The position numbers and the translations under genes were made by a program. Positions 50,890 to 61,709 of a stretch of DNA of 64,000 bases are shown one piece after another. The notes beneath the pieces are model-generated. The model was not told the origin of the DNA and did not search any database. It worked only from the letters and a program-made list of their open reading frames with translations. The number at the start of each line of letters is the position of its first letter. Positions within the stretch are counted from its first letter, which is position 1. Source of the stretch: Pavona decussata. Lineage: Eukaryota. The stretch spans positions 5,146,001-5,210,000 of the forward strand of contig CDRNST010000273.1 in the NCBI GenBank assembly GCA_977016875.1, read 5' to 3'.

Positions 50890-52340
50890 CTATTATGACT
50901 GGGCTTACCTTCCTCTGCATTCCGTGTGGAATCATAGTGACCTGCACCAGAATGCAACAAAAACAGACTCTTCACTGGAAACTGGTTGGGCACATAAAGA
51001 AGCCTAGGAATAGACTCATTTGAAGTTACCAAGACAATAGTTACTTGAAGTATTTCTGCACAAGTTTTTATAATTAAATCACCAAGCATTTTGTCGTAAA
51101 CCCCTGAAGTTCGAAACAAATTTGCCTTCGCTTGGATCTCTCCATCGTTGTCTTCCAACGATAAGAATGTGAGCAGTTCTTCGTCCCCTTCTGGGATTTT
51201 GTCTGCAAACAGTTGCCGCAACTGGAAGGTATCTTCATCTTCAAACTTAAGTGAACCCAAGCTTTTTAAATGTTCCTTAAATTTCTCATTTATTCTGCTG
51301 ATCCTAGTAATTTGCTTTGTTAAACTTTGAAAGGCGCCTCACCATCTCCAATTACTCTCTCTATTTCTAGTCCAAATATGGCTAAATTGCAATTCAGTAA
51401 AATCCACGCATCGCCTTAAAATACTCACTTCCTCATTTTTGTCAGATATCCTCTCAGTACTTATTACATCTGGCATTTTAGCCGAGGACAAGAGATCAAG
51501 AATGTACAATCTTCGACTGTAGTTTTTTGTTTCTAAGTTTGACACTACTTTGAATAAATCATACGAAACGTCACGAATTATTTTAGAAACAAATTCAGTG
51601 TAAACATCCTCAACATTCTCTGCGACAACGACTACTTCTCTGGATTATCCCCATTTAAGATAAGATTTTCAGGTGCGGCCTTTTTCTCTTGCTCAGTAGA
51701 CACGTCTGTTATCGACGAAAATGGGAATGAGTAATCCAACTCACTTTTCTTTTGGCCAGCGCCATCCATGTTTTCTTCTATTGGCACCGCACATCCTACT
51801 TTTTTATTGCATTTGTGAGTTAATGGTGACGTGCAGCTGGTATAATAGTGCAAAAAACACCATCAAAATCATTACAGCTAGTTTGACGCCAATTCTAGTT
51901 GCCCCAGTCAACATAGGTCTGTTCAGCAACATATGCAGTCGTTTGTTGTTTTCTTTACCAAATCCTGGAGGCAACTCTGACAAACAACCCTTCACAATAT
52001 TTTTTTTCAGTTTTTCAATCTCAGCCATCATTTCGTCTGTAAAAGCGACATTGTTAAAGTACTCCACGTGTTTATGAAACAGTTTAAGTTCTGACTGATC
52101 TTTTCTGGAGAGGGTGTTTCATGGAGATGCCTTTCCCCTTGATCGCTGTCTTGTCTAAATATCAACCCAAACTCTTTTTGAAATGATGCTGACAGGGGTG
52201 GTATAAATCAAGCTTGACAGTGGTATGCTCAAATATAGACTGGTACTTGTTTCGAACCTTACAACAGTCATCAATGCAAATGAGCTCAAGTTTCTAATTG
52301 GCCTTTTCAAGACGTAATTTATACTGTTGTAGCTCAAGTA
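50890..52340 (-). pseudogene. Degenerate DDE transposase (MULE/ISL3-like LDx(F/Y)H motif) with a C-terminal OTU-like protease domain
   Basis: Transposase-like part: LELICIDDCCKVRNKYQSIFEHTTVKLDLYHPCQ and KKNIVKGCLSELPPGFGKENNKRLHMLLNR…TRIGVKLA. OTU-like part: RVIGDG(E)-AFQS…LRQLFAD…FRTSGVYDKMLGDLIIKTCAEILQVTIVLVTS…GAGHYDST (GDGxC…GHYD). Multiple stops and frameshifts. Confidence 0.6.
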
Positions 52341-53721
52341 AAATGCAGGCTTAAATGAATATCCTTTGTATCATAACCCTAATTTAATCTAAAACTTTTA
52401 AGATAATATATCATGATACAATAAACTCCATACCATAGTCGAAACAAAAACCTTCCTTCAAATTCTATGTATGGAAAATTGTTCTAATGCACCTTTCTTT
52501 CCTTGTTGGTTCCTTACACCAAAGCCTATTAAAATATAAAAAAAAAAATACATATATAATTGCAGGGACTAATCTTAACAAAATTAGTGTATTTATTAAT
52601 ATCCAACCAAGGTATAATGCAGAGTTTCATGAATTTTTGTTCCTTGTTTGCTTCAAATAAATATTACTTTAAGATTTATATTCAGAAGCATATAGTTGAT
52701 TTATCATTGCATGTAAAGACTGTAAAAAGCTCCATTCAGTACATTAAAATAATACTCACATCCGTCAAATTTGTTGTTGACATCTTTGTCAAACAATGCA
52801 CGAGCTATGTACACCGCTGACATCTGGATGCCAGTGCCCTGAAAACGTATGCAGTTCCAGGTGCAGCCAATTTTTTGTTGCTTAATGAATGATCTTATTG
52901 CTGCCTCTGTAACACCATGAGTGTTACTATTTAGCTCTTTGCAATGGTCAAGGAACATCTTTGGATGGAACGCTATTGTTTCACCACATTGGCAACTTGA
53001 AGGACGAAACATGTTGTCAAAAAAGGACATAACCTTAAAAGAATGCAGAGAGATAAATCATGTCAATCAGGGATAAATCATAAAGTGGTAAATGATAAAT
53101 GAAGTTGCACAACAATCGTGAATTCTACAATTCAAATGTGCACCAGTCTGTGAATTCTTATAAAAAAAAGTTTCTCAATTTTTTACACAAAAGTTGTTCC
53201 TTAGATAAAGCTACTAGCAGATTTATTAAAAACACAATATGGAAATGCATATTAGCGAATGCAATCACACCTACTAGAACTGAATTAAGTCGATTAACCA
53301 CAGTCAACGGAAACTAAATTATTACTTTGTTTGGACTGGCATTCCACACACACAAGAACAATTGCATGACACTGCCAGCTGCATAATTCTGTTACTTTTA
53401 AGATGGTGACAAACAACTGCTCAGTGCTATTATTGTTTAAAGGGTACTGACAATAGTCTACTGCACCTGGTCATTTAATTCAAAGGCCCAAAACATGACT
53501 TACGATGTGAGCAAGGGCTTCTCATCTTAATTATGGTAAGTGCATGTATTTGAAACTTTTTATATTTATGTTCTCCACCCTCTCTCAGCTAGCTCATTAG
53601 AAATACAGAGCCTCTGTTCACAGTGTGAATTTACAAAATTTCCCCTTCAATATCGTTGTCAAGGTCATTTAGGCGCACTTAAAACTTTGTTCTTATACTG
53701 CCATCCTCAGTAAAAATATAA

Positions 53722-53900
53722 TGTGTCACACTGTGATCACACATGTGATGTGATCACAGATGTGACCATGGGTGTGATGTCAGGTTAGATCACATGTTCT
53801 GATCACACATAATGTTAGCACTGTGATCACAACAAGTGTGATCATGCTTGTGATATAGTCACCTTTGTGATCACAGTATTAACATTATGTGTGATCACAT
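53722..53900. repeat. Cluster of TGTGATCACA palindromes
   Basis: Exact copies at 53732, 53749, 53822, 53866 and 53890, plus variants. Confidence 0.85.
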
Positions 53901-55234
53901 ACAACATTTAGCCTTTTAAGTACTGTGATAATGAATGTGATGAAAAGGTCAGTACAATTGATTGTGCTCATTAGCTTTTGAGTGCACAAGAACAAAAGCA
54001 CAAAAAACAGGAAGTTAAACAAATTGTACAATAATGTAATAACAACAACAACTTTTATTACTGTAAAAATGAGCTTCATATGTGTGTATATAAAATATTG
54101 CCGCAAAGTTAGCCTTTGAGGCTATTTGAGGTGAGAGCAGAACTTCCATTAAAGAAGGTAATTAATCCTGTGATTAATCCTACAGAGACTTAAATTTTGA
54201 AGCTGGAGAGGTCGATAATTAAACTAAATCATGGAGAAAAAAAAGACAGCTTTTTTCAATTTTATCAATCTGTCTCATTCTGTGACCATTTTTTTGGAAT
54301 TACCGGGGGGACTTTAATGCAGTCATTTGCCACTCCTTAAACTTAAATGTGGGTGTTTAAGGCATATAATCTAATAAGTCAGCCATAGCTAATATACATG
54401 TTCATTCAAGAAATAGATTGAGCAATTTTTGTTTTGCATTATTACAAAAGATCAGTTTTTTTGGTTTAAACGTTCTTTGAGTAGCTCAACCGGATTAGTA
54501 CTGGTACAACCCCTACAATGTATGTCACATTATCAACATGCAAAGTCAGCAGATCATACTGCAAACTGCTTACTACATACATTTTGTAAGCACCTGGCGG
54601 TGGCATATGGCCAGCCCCATAATTATGTCTAATAGTCAATGAACTCTTGCTAGCTTACTAATACTCTACAGTCTGCAGGATGCAAACTATAATATTATTG
54701 TCCTTGCTATTAATACTACTACATGTAAAAATAAATGTGATGCTTGGTAATTGAACATGATAATTTAACAATTATAATAATTATATAATGATCAACCACT
54801 TCCAATACATTTTTCTCAGTAGAATTGGCCATTCAAAAAAGTGTAAAAATGTCTTTGATAACTATTAAGGACTATCAATCTGAATAAAGTTTAAATGTGA
54901 TTTATTGGTTGGAACACCAAAGTCTAGGATAATCCTTGTAATCATGCGCTGACATGCAAGAATGTTATAGTTCTCAGGTAGGCGTACAATAAATCAGAAA
55001 AGGCCCTTTCCATTAAAAAAAAAAACCAAACAAATTCTGACAGTGGACCATCAAGTCATCCAATGGCCAACCCAGTCAACAGCATCACGATTGGTAGTCC
55101 CCACCATGGTCATCTGGAACTGAAACATTATCAATATATAATATGATCCGTTATATGATTACATCAAGTAATAATTGACATTGTAGATTTAAGCAACAAC
55201 CCAGCACTTAGCTGTTGGTGTCTGGCAATTTAAT

Positions 55235-55699
55235 TCCAGGCAAGGATTTGACACTCCGCTGTGGCTGAAGTCTTAAGCCCAAGTTAAACACCGTCCATTT
55301 CTCACCATTCAACACTTGCAATTAATGGAGGCGTCGATTTATCCCAATTTGATTGTTTTGGTAGGAAACTGTTGTCTAGTGCGTTCTCTCAGTGCATACA
55401 TCCTTTTTGGGTCTAACTTCTTAAGTTGCTCTCCTCTGCCTTCAGTACTGGATGCCCCAGCTTCCTCCAGGCAAGGATTTGACACTCCGCTGTGGCTGAA
55501 GTCTTAAGCCCAAGTTAAACACCGTCCATTTCTCACCATTCAACACTTGCAATTAATGGAGGCGTCGATTTATCCCAATTTGATTGTTTTGGTAGGAAAC
55601 TGTTGTCTAGTGCGTTCTCTCAGTGCATACATCCGTTTTGGTTCTAACTTTTTAAGTTGCTCTCCTCTGCCTTCAGTACTGGATGCCCCAGCTTCCTCC
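55235..55699. repeat. 231-bp tandem duplication of the 3' end of the BEN exon
   Basis: 55235-55468 versus 55466-55699, about 3 mismatches, with TCC microhomology at the junction. Confidence 0.9.
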
Positions 55700-56159
55700 C
55701 TGCTAAACAGGAGTTCAAATAACATGAGGGCATAGTTCTTAGCCTTTTCACTGGGAATTTTGTCCATGCTAGACTGACTAACATATATACCATGCTGGGG
55801 ATTACCAATCATAATGCTGTCATTTGGGTCGGCCATTGGATGACTTGATGATCCACTGTCAGAATTTCCAGGTGCTTGTGTTTTGGTTGGCTCTAGAGCT
55901 TCAGGGCAAGGCTTTGATTTGGTAGCTGCAGAGATCCGATTTGGAACAGGTTTGAGTGCACAATCATCTTGTGCTGGAGAGCCAGCAGTAGATGTGGCAC
56001 AAGCCTTGTACACCTTCTTGATGCAGGCTTTGCCGTTGGTAAAGGTCTCAAGCAGGCGTTCAATTCTGCTGATCTGATCTGTAAGCCCCCTCAGTTGTGC
56101 TGACAGCTGAAGCTGCTGTGAAATATCATCAGATCCTGAGTTTGGTTTGGTGGACGTTC
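55504..56159 (-). pseudogene. BEN-domain protein terminal exon, disrupted (probably a transposon accessory gene)
   Basis: Acceptor …AAATACAG| at 56160; coiled coil LSAQLRGLTDQISRIERLL; BEN-like KNYALMLFELLFSREEAGASSTEGRG…LEPKRMYALRE…F…ASINCKC*MVRNG. In-frame stops lie at 55570 and 55540. Confidence 0.7.
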
Positions 56160-56259
56160 CTGTATTTAGCAATAATAAGTCAAGTTATTCAATGGTTAAA
56201 ATACACTATACACTGATGGACTATACATGTATACTGAACTTAAGTGACAGTGAGGCTAT

Positions 56260-56490
56260 TTATTTGTTTTTTTAAAAGCAGAGAGAGTGGGAGCAGTTCT
56301 AATATGTGTGGGATGGTGTTCCATAATGTTGCCCCCATAAAAGAAAAACTGCTGCTTTTAGCAAATTCAGTGTTATATTTGGGGAGAGGTCTGCTTTCAC
56401 TCTCGCGTAACAATTACCACCTGTTGCTTTTTTCAATAAGATTGATGAGATAACCTGGAGCTTTGTTGTTTACAACTTTGTACATAACCC
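56260..56490 (-). mobile_element. CR1/L2-like LINE 3' fragment
   Basis: MYKVVNNKAPGYLINL…LRES…PKYNTEFAKSSSFSFMGATLWNTIP..IRTAPTLSAFKK is a typical LINE ORF2 C-terminus. Confidence 0.75.
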
Positions 56491-57274
56491 TTTCAGGGTA
56501 TAATTTAGGCCACTCGATTTTGGACTTTTTGGAGTCTCGCCGTTAGAGTTTAATTTAAATTACCCCATACTACATAACACGAATCAAGGGGTGGGCGGGG
56601 GAGAGAGAGATAGAGAGATCTCCATGAAAAATCAGCATTTATGTTCAAGAATGAGTGTTATTGAATAATTGTCCTGAAAGTTTATGCATGGTTACACTTA
56701 AAAGCATTGGTGTCAACTAAAACTATGTCAGCAGTTTTAAATCAATGTTGTAATTACCATTATGTCTTAACTATTGCTGATACCTTCAGGACGGTTTATT
56801 AAAAATTTCTCTGTGTGTTGAGAGTAACGGATAAAACTAAGTTCAAGACATGCCCAGATTAATTTAAGTAGGCTTTATAGAGGTAACATAACCTCACAAC
56901 CATTGTTGCCACTTCTAGTCATGTAAAATAACACTATTTGACTGTGTCCCTCTGTTGGTGTATAGTCGGTTAGAGATCATCCTCTTTCTTTTGGGAATTT
57001 CAAAACATCCTCGTGAATTACCTGATACAACAGAGCTTGTTGTTTCCACCTCAAAGCTTTCATTCTCTGCCATGTCATCATTCTCTGGAACTTAAAAGAA
57101 ATAGAGTATAAATTTACCTGTGCTTACAAGTATGTAAGTATTTATCAAATGCAATTTTCTTAATATAAACAACAGATCCAAGGGTCGACTGAGCGACTGT
57201 TTGGTCTGCAGATCAAAATGGTCAGCAGTTTGATGTTCACGTAACGTTATAGTGTATCAACAAGGAGGAAACAA

Positions 57275-57298
57275 AACAACAACAACAACAACAACAAC
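57275..57298 (+). repeat. (AAC)8 microsatellite
   Basis: Direct. Confidence 0.9.
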
Positions 57299-57675
57299 AG
57301 CCTTTTGTATTAATTATTATATTGGTGACCTCAATTTTATACTTGGCGACCTTAGGCAAGTTAAAAAGAAATTGAATCTGGAGTGCTGCTGTCCAAGGTT
57401 AAAGGGTTAATTAAACTTAGTTGCACATACTATTACTTTTGAAAGGCACACAACCCTTTGCTCCGTGAGGGTAGTCACTTTCTTACTCTTCCAAGGTAAC
57501 AAAGTCAAGACAAAATATCACTGACCTAAAATCTTGCAGAATTTGTATTTTATTTAAAGTTTTAAAAAAATACTGGATGAGGAATTGGGCAGGATTAGCA
57601 ATAGTCTTAATTTTCTAGGTGGTATAGAACCTGATGCATCTGCTAGCATTACATGCAGTAGGCATTTCAATAAAC

Positions 57676-57699
57676 AATAATAATAATAATAATAATAAT
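57676..57699 (+). repeat. (AAT)8 microsatellite
   Basis: Direct. Confidence 0.9.
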
Positions 57700-59629
57700 T
57701 ATTAATGATTACCATGCCAGCAGCTCATTAGTATTTTAAGTATTTTCGGCGTATGTGCAGCCCTTATTGATCCTTCAAGACTTTCCAGCAATAGGTTGAG
57801 ATATTAGTGAATGTGAACACAAAACCGAGTATTGCCGGCAATTTTGCATTTTTTTCATTTCTGCGTGCTACTTTATCGAAGTCGATGTGCGTTTGTTCTA
57901 GCTTGCAGCACTGTTCTCTTTTGTTGTGATTGGCTTGATCATACTGTGACCACTCAGCTCTACTTTAGGCTCAATGACACTGGCAACTGATTATAACCAT
58001 TTTCTATTTAAACAATACTTAAAAAATTGAAATACCTGTTGAAAGGTAGCCATCCACATCTTCATAGCTCGAGCCTATAACAAATCAAAGCAATAAAATT
58101 ACTAAATTATTGATTAACATATTTAGGGCTCAAAAAGCTCCTTGAGTTGCTAGACATACCTGGGATGTAGTCGTGTTAGCTGAGAAAATGACAGCGTGAA
58201 TAAAACTTCACAAAACGTCTAATTATGAAAAAAAAGTGTAATGAAAAAAGCTCAGGTCTCAAAATTGAGCGCGGTAATTAATCTAATTGGACTTTTTGCA
58301 TGGTATTAATTGAATGTAACATTCGAATTCATTCTGTTAGTGAAAAGCCCCTTTTTTGCGATACAAATACACTTCTAATGTAAAACGTTGCTCCACCAGG
58401 GTACCGCGAGATAACTTTTTAAATTTTGCAACATTTCCACTCAAACCCGTCCTTAATTTGCCTCAGCGATTCCACATTTATCGAAAAAACTGGCATTTCT
58501 TTTGCTCTATTATCTCCGTCCGCCATTTTGGAAAGTTATGATCCCTAGGCTCACTCTGCCGGAAAGATATGAGCAGTTCAAGTCTTTTTTTCTGATGTTA
58601 CTGAATTTGCGTAATGTGAAGGTTTACTGGTCAAATAGCACGGCTGAGTACACAGAAAGACAGCTCCATCTTGTTTATTTGGAGCTAATGGTAATTAAAT
58701 CGAAACGTGAGATTTGGATTCGAACATGAGAATGTTGCCACAATTGAAGGCTGTGTACCCTTCCCACCCACCCCCCTCCCCCCCTCCGCCTTAAAGGCTG
58801 TGGCATGTAAAAGGCTTTTTGTCCTAACATACCGATCATTCACGCTGAAGAGCTGCATAGAACGCGATTTATTAAAATTCTGTCAACAAGAAAACATATC
58901 GCGTAGGAATGCAACTTGCAGATTGATAAAATCAGGCAATTTGATCAGTCAAATCAACATTGTTCAAGCCTTACTTTTATTCGATGGCTTAGCTGTCATA
59001 TCATCAGCCAACATTTATACAAAAGCTATAACGTGTTCGCAGAGAATAATAAGCCTCACACCTGTCAGGGCGTTTGTTGATGAAATTTCATCAGACTATA
59101 TTGCATAGTGACTCTTGTGTACACTCCATTCAAGAACAATACATGGCAGAGTCATACGAGGTGGATGGTGGGAGAAACTCCAACTCTGTTGGATCCAAAA
59201 CGCTACCTTTTGGTCAGTGTTCATGTTTTAGATGTTCAGAAACTCCAGAAAGGCATTTACAGTATAATCTGGGAACACGAACTTGCCCAAGGCTTCACAT
59301 ACTATTACTTCATTCTAACATTCAGGACTTGTTATCTCCGATAATAGGGCTCATTTATTCAAAGATCTTGTAGCTATTTGAAGTAGTACTTTGTTTCTCA
59401 TTAAGCCGGTGTACACTGCAGATTGGTCTGCGTGAGGACATTGTTTCTGACAGTTCTAGCAAATTTTAAAGCTTCTTAGGAATTACCTTGATGACGTCGG
59501 AAACAGCAAAGATCAAAAGAAGATCACGTAGACATTATGATAAATAGGCCGTGTTTTCACGGGCGAGTTTCTCATTGGTTTTGTTTTAACTGCTGAAATC
59601 AAACTTTCACTTGTCTAAAGTAGCAGTAG

Positions 59630-59663
<34 letters not shown>
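59630..59663 (+). repeat. (TA)n microsatellite
   Basis: Direct. Confidence 0.9.
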
Positions 59664-60278
59664 GCCACAGTTTTGTGGACCTAAATTGTTTGTTTACTGT
59701 CTGCCTTTTCATGTAAACAACTGAAATATTAATGCAGGCAGGTTACTCGAATACCTTGATTCGGTACTACCGGTAACCTTAGCCTTGAAAACACGGGCCA
59801 TGTCAAGCAATGAAAACAACTTATTTGCAAACTGTGGTTTCTGAACATTTTAGAGCTGAACTCTGCTCAAGGTACTGGACACTGTTTCGAAAATATTTTA
59901 GAAAATCAGGTGGCTGAAGTTTTATTGGTCGGTCAACTGTTTTTGTGATAATAAAGTACAAAAAAGGGCAAGTCTAGGACTGGCATAATACTGTATTAAA
60001 GTAATTGAAGGGCTGGGGGCATAACCGCCTTATGTGGAATGTTGGACTGTTTTTTTTTCCTCAGATTTGTCTCAATTTTTGCATGTGGGCTTCGTTTTAG
60101 TCAACAAACATTGCCCGGTATTTTTTTTCGTTGGTTTGCTCTTCGTTTTCGAGAAAAAACGTATGCAAAAAAACTCAGTTTTCCTAGCGGCATCTTTTGG
60201 AGATCTTTTGTTGAACGAGAAACAAAAGAAACCTTTTGTTTCGCTGAACAATGAAGTATTTATTGAAATTATACGTAC

Positions 60279-61160
60279 CACACTTATCACTGGATGGTGT
60301 ATCAATCTCCGCCGGTGTCTTGCGTGATATCCCAACAGGAGAAATTGGTCCAGGCTCATCATCAAGGTCAGGCTGTCTTCTAAGAACTGGCAGATTCCTG
60401 ACAATGCGAACAATGTCCTTTGGTGACTATATCTCGTCTAGTTTCACGGTTTCTGCTTGAAGTTCACAGGGTTGGCCTCTAATAATCATCCACAAATCTG
60501 TAACCTGGATCCCAGTAGCAGAAGAAATTTTTTTGACCCAAGGGTCATTCCATGATCAACAGTTATTTCAAACTCGGTGCTTTCGTTTCCAGAAAATCGG
60601 CGCACCTTCATTTTCAGGCGCTCACTTAGCTCTTTTTCGATCGCGGCAGACTGCGGGTCTGCATTTTCTTTAATTAGTTTTTTTTGGGGGCCTTGTTTCG
60701 TAATTTATTCACTTCTGAAACATTCTTTTGCTTCTTTACTGGTGGTTGCCGCTTGGTTGATTTTACTTTTATAATTTTTTTACACTTATTTTTCGGTGGC
60801 TTGTACTCATCTTCGTCTGAGCTTGATACTGACCTTGTTTCACCGCTAAATTACTCCTCTGAGTCAGAGACTGGGATAGATGGTCGCTTGCAGTTTCTTG
60901 GTGCAAATTTCTGGGTTTCTGCAGGACAATCTTCTTTCTGCTTTTGAACTGTTAATTTCTTCCTACCTTTAATCTTGTGAAGCTTTCGCTCTGAATCAGA
61001 AGTCTCCTCTCCCGGTGAAGGGTTCGCCATCACCCTTTCCGTGATTTTGGCGGGATTGCTGCCTTCTTCATCTTGATCTGCTGTGTACTCAAGAAATTTT
61101 GTCGGTTTTTTTCGCGTTCTGCCCTCTTTGTTGTTTATTTCTGCTTGCCTGCTCTTTCGG
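60279..61160 (-). pseudogene. Disrupted exon of a charged low-complexity protein, divergent from the CACTA transposase (probable second ORF of that element)
   Basis: Long K/E/S-rich reading across ORFs 60851..61033 and beyond, with stops; a GT donor at 60278; head-to-head with the transposase starting near 61700. Confidence 0.4.
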
Positions 61161-61709
61161 CTTTCAGACGATCAACAAACAGGCCGCAATCCTTCTTCGT
61201 TCCTTTATTATTTCCAGATTATTTGTCGTAACCGTAAGTAACCTCCACTGAACAACAGAAATTCAACGTCATAAGCATTGTGACATAAAATAATATTGAC
61301 CCTTAAAGGTTCAAAAGTTTGTTTTGAGTTTCCGCACATGGAGGCGCAGGCAATCAATGGTTTGATTAGTATAGTGCTCTTTTTTATGTCGTGGCCTGAA
61401 AGTTACAGAGTATTTAAGCCTGAATTCATTTATTGTTGTACTTATTCAACGAAACAACAAAACCATTTTCGGAGGTTTTGCATACTCTTCATTCCATTCC
61501 TTGGTGTGTTCACCTGCTAATGACACTGTTCTGGCGAGATGTAAAAACGTCAAGTACCAAATCAAGTTTCAATTCAGACCCGCTAAAATATTCTCACTCG
61601 TGGTGAGCAAGCAATTGAAATGGTTTCTGATGATAGCCTCGCGGAGTCTTCGCTCAAGCAGAGCCGATTGAAAAAACCTTCAAAGCAGCTTAACCACTAT
61701 TACAGAAAG

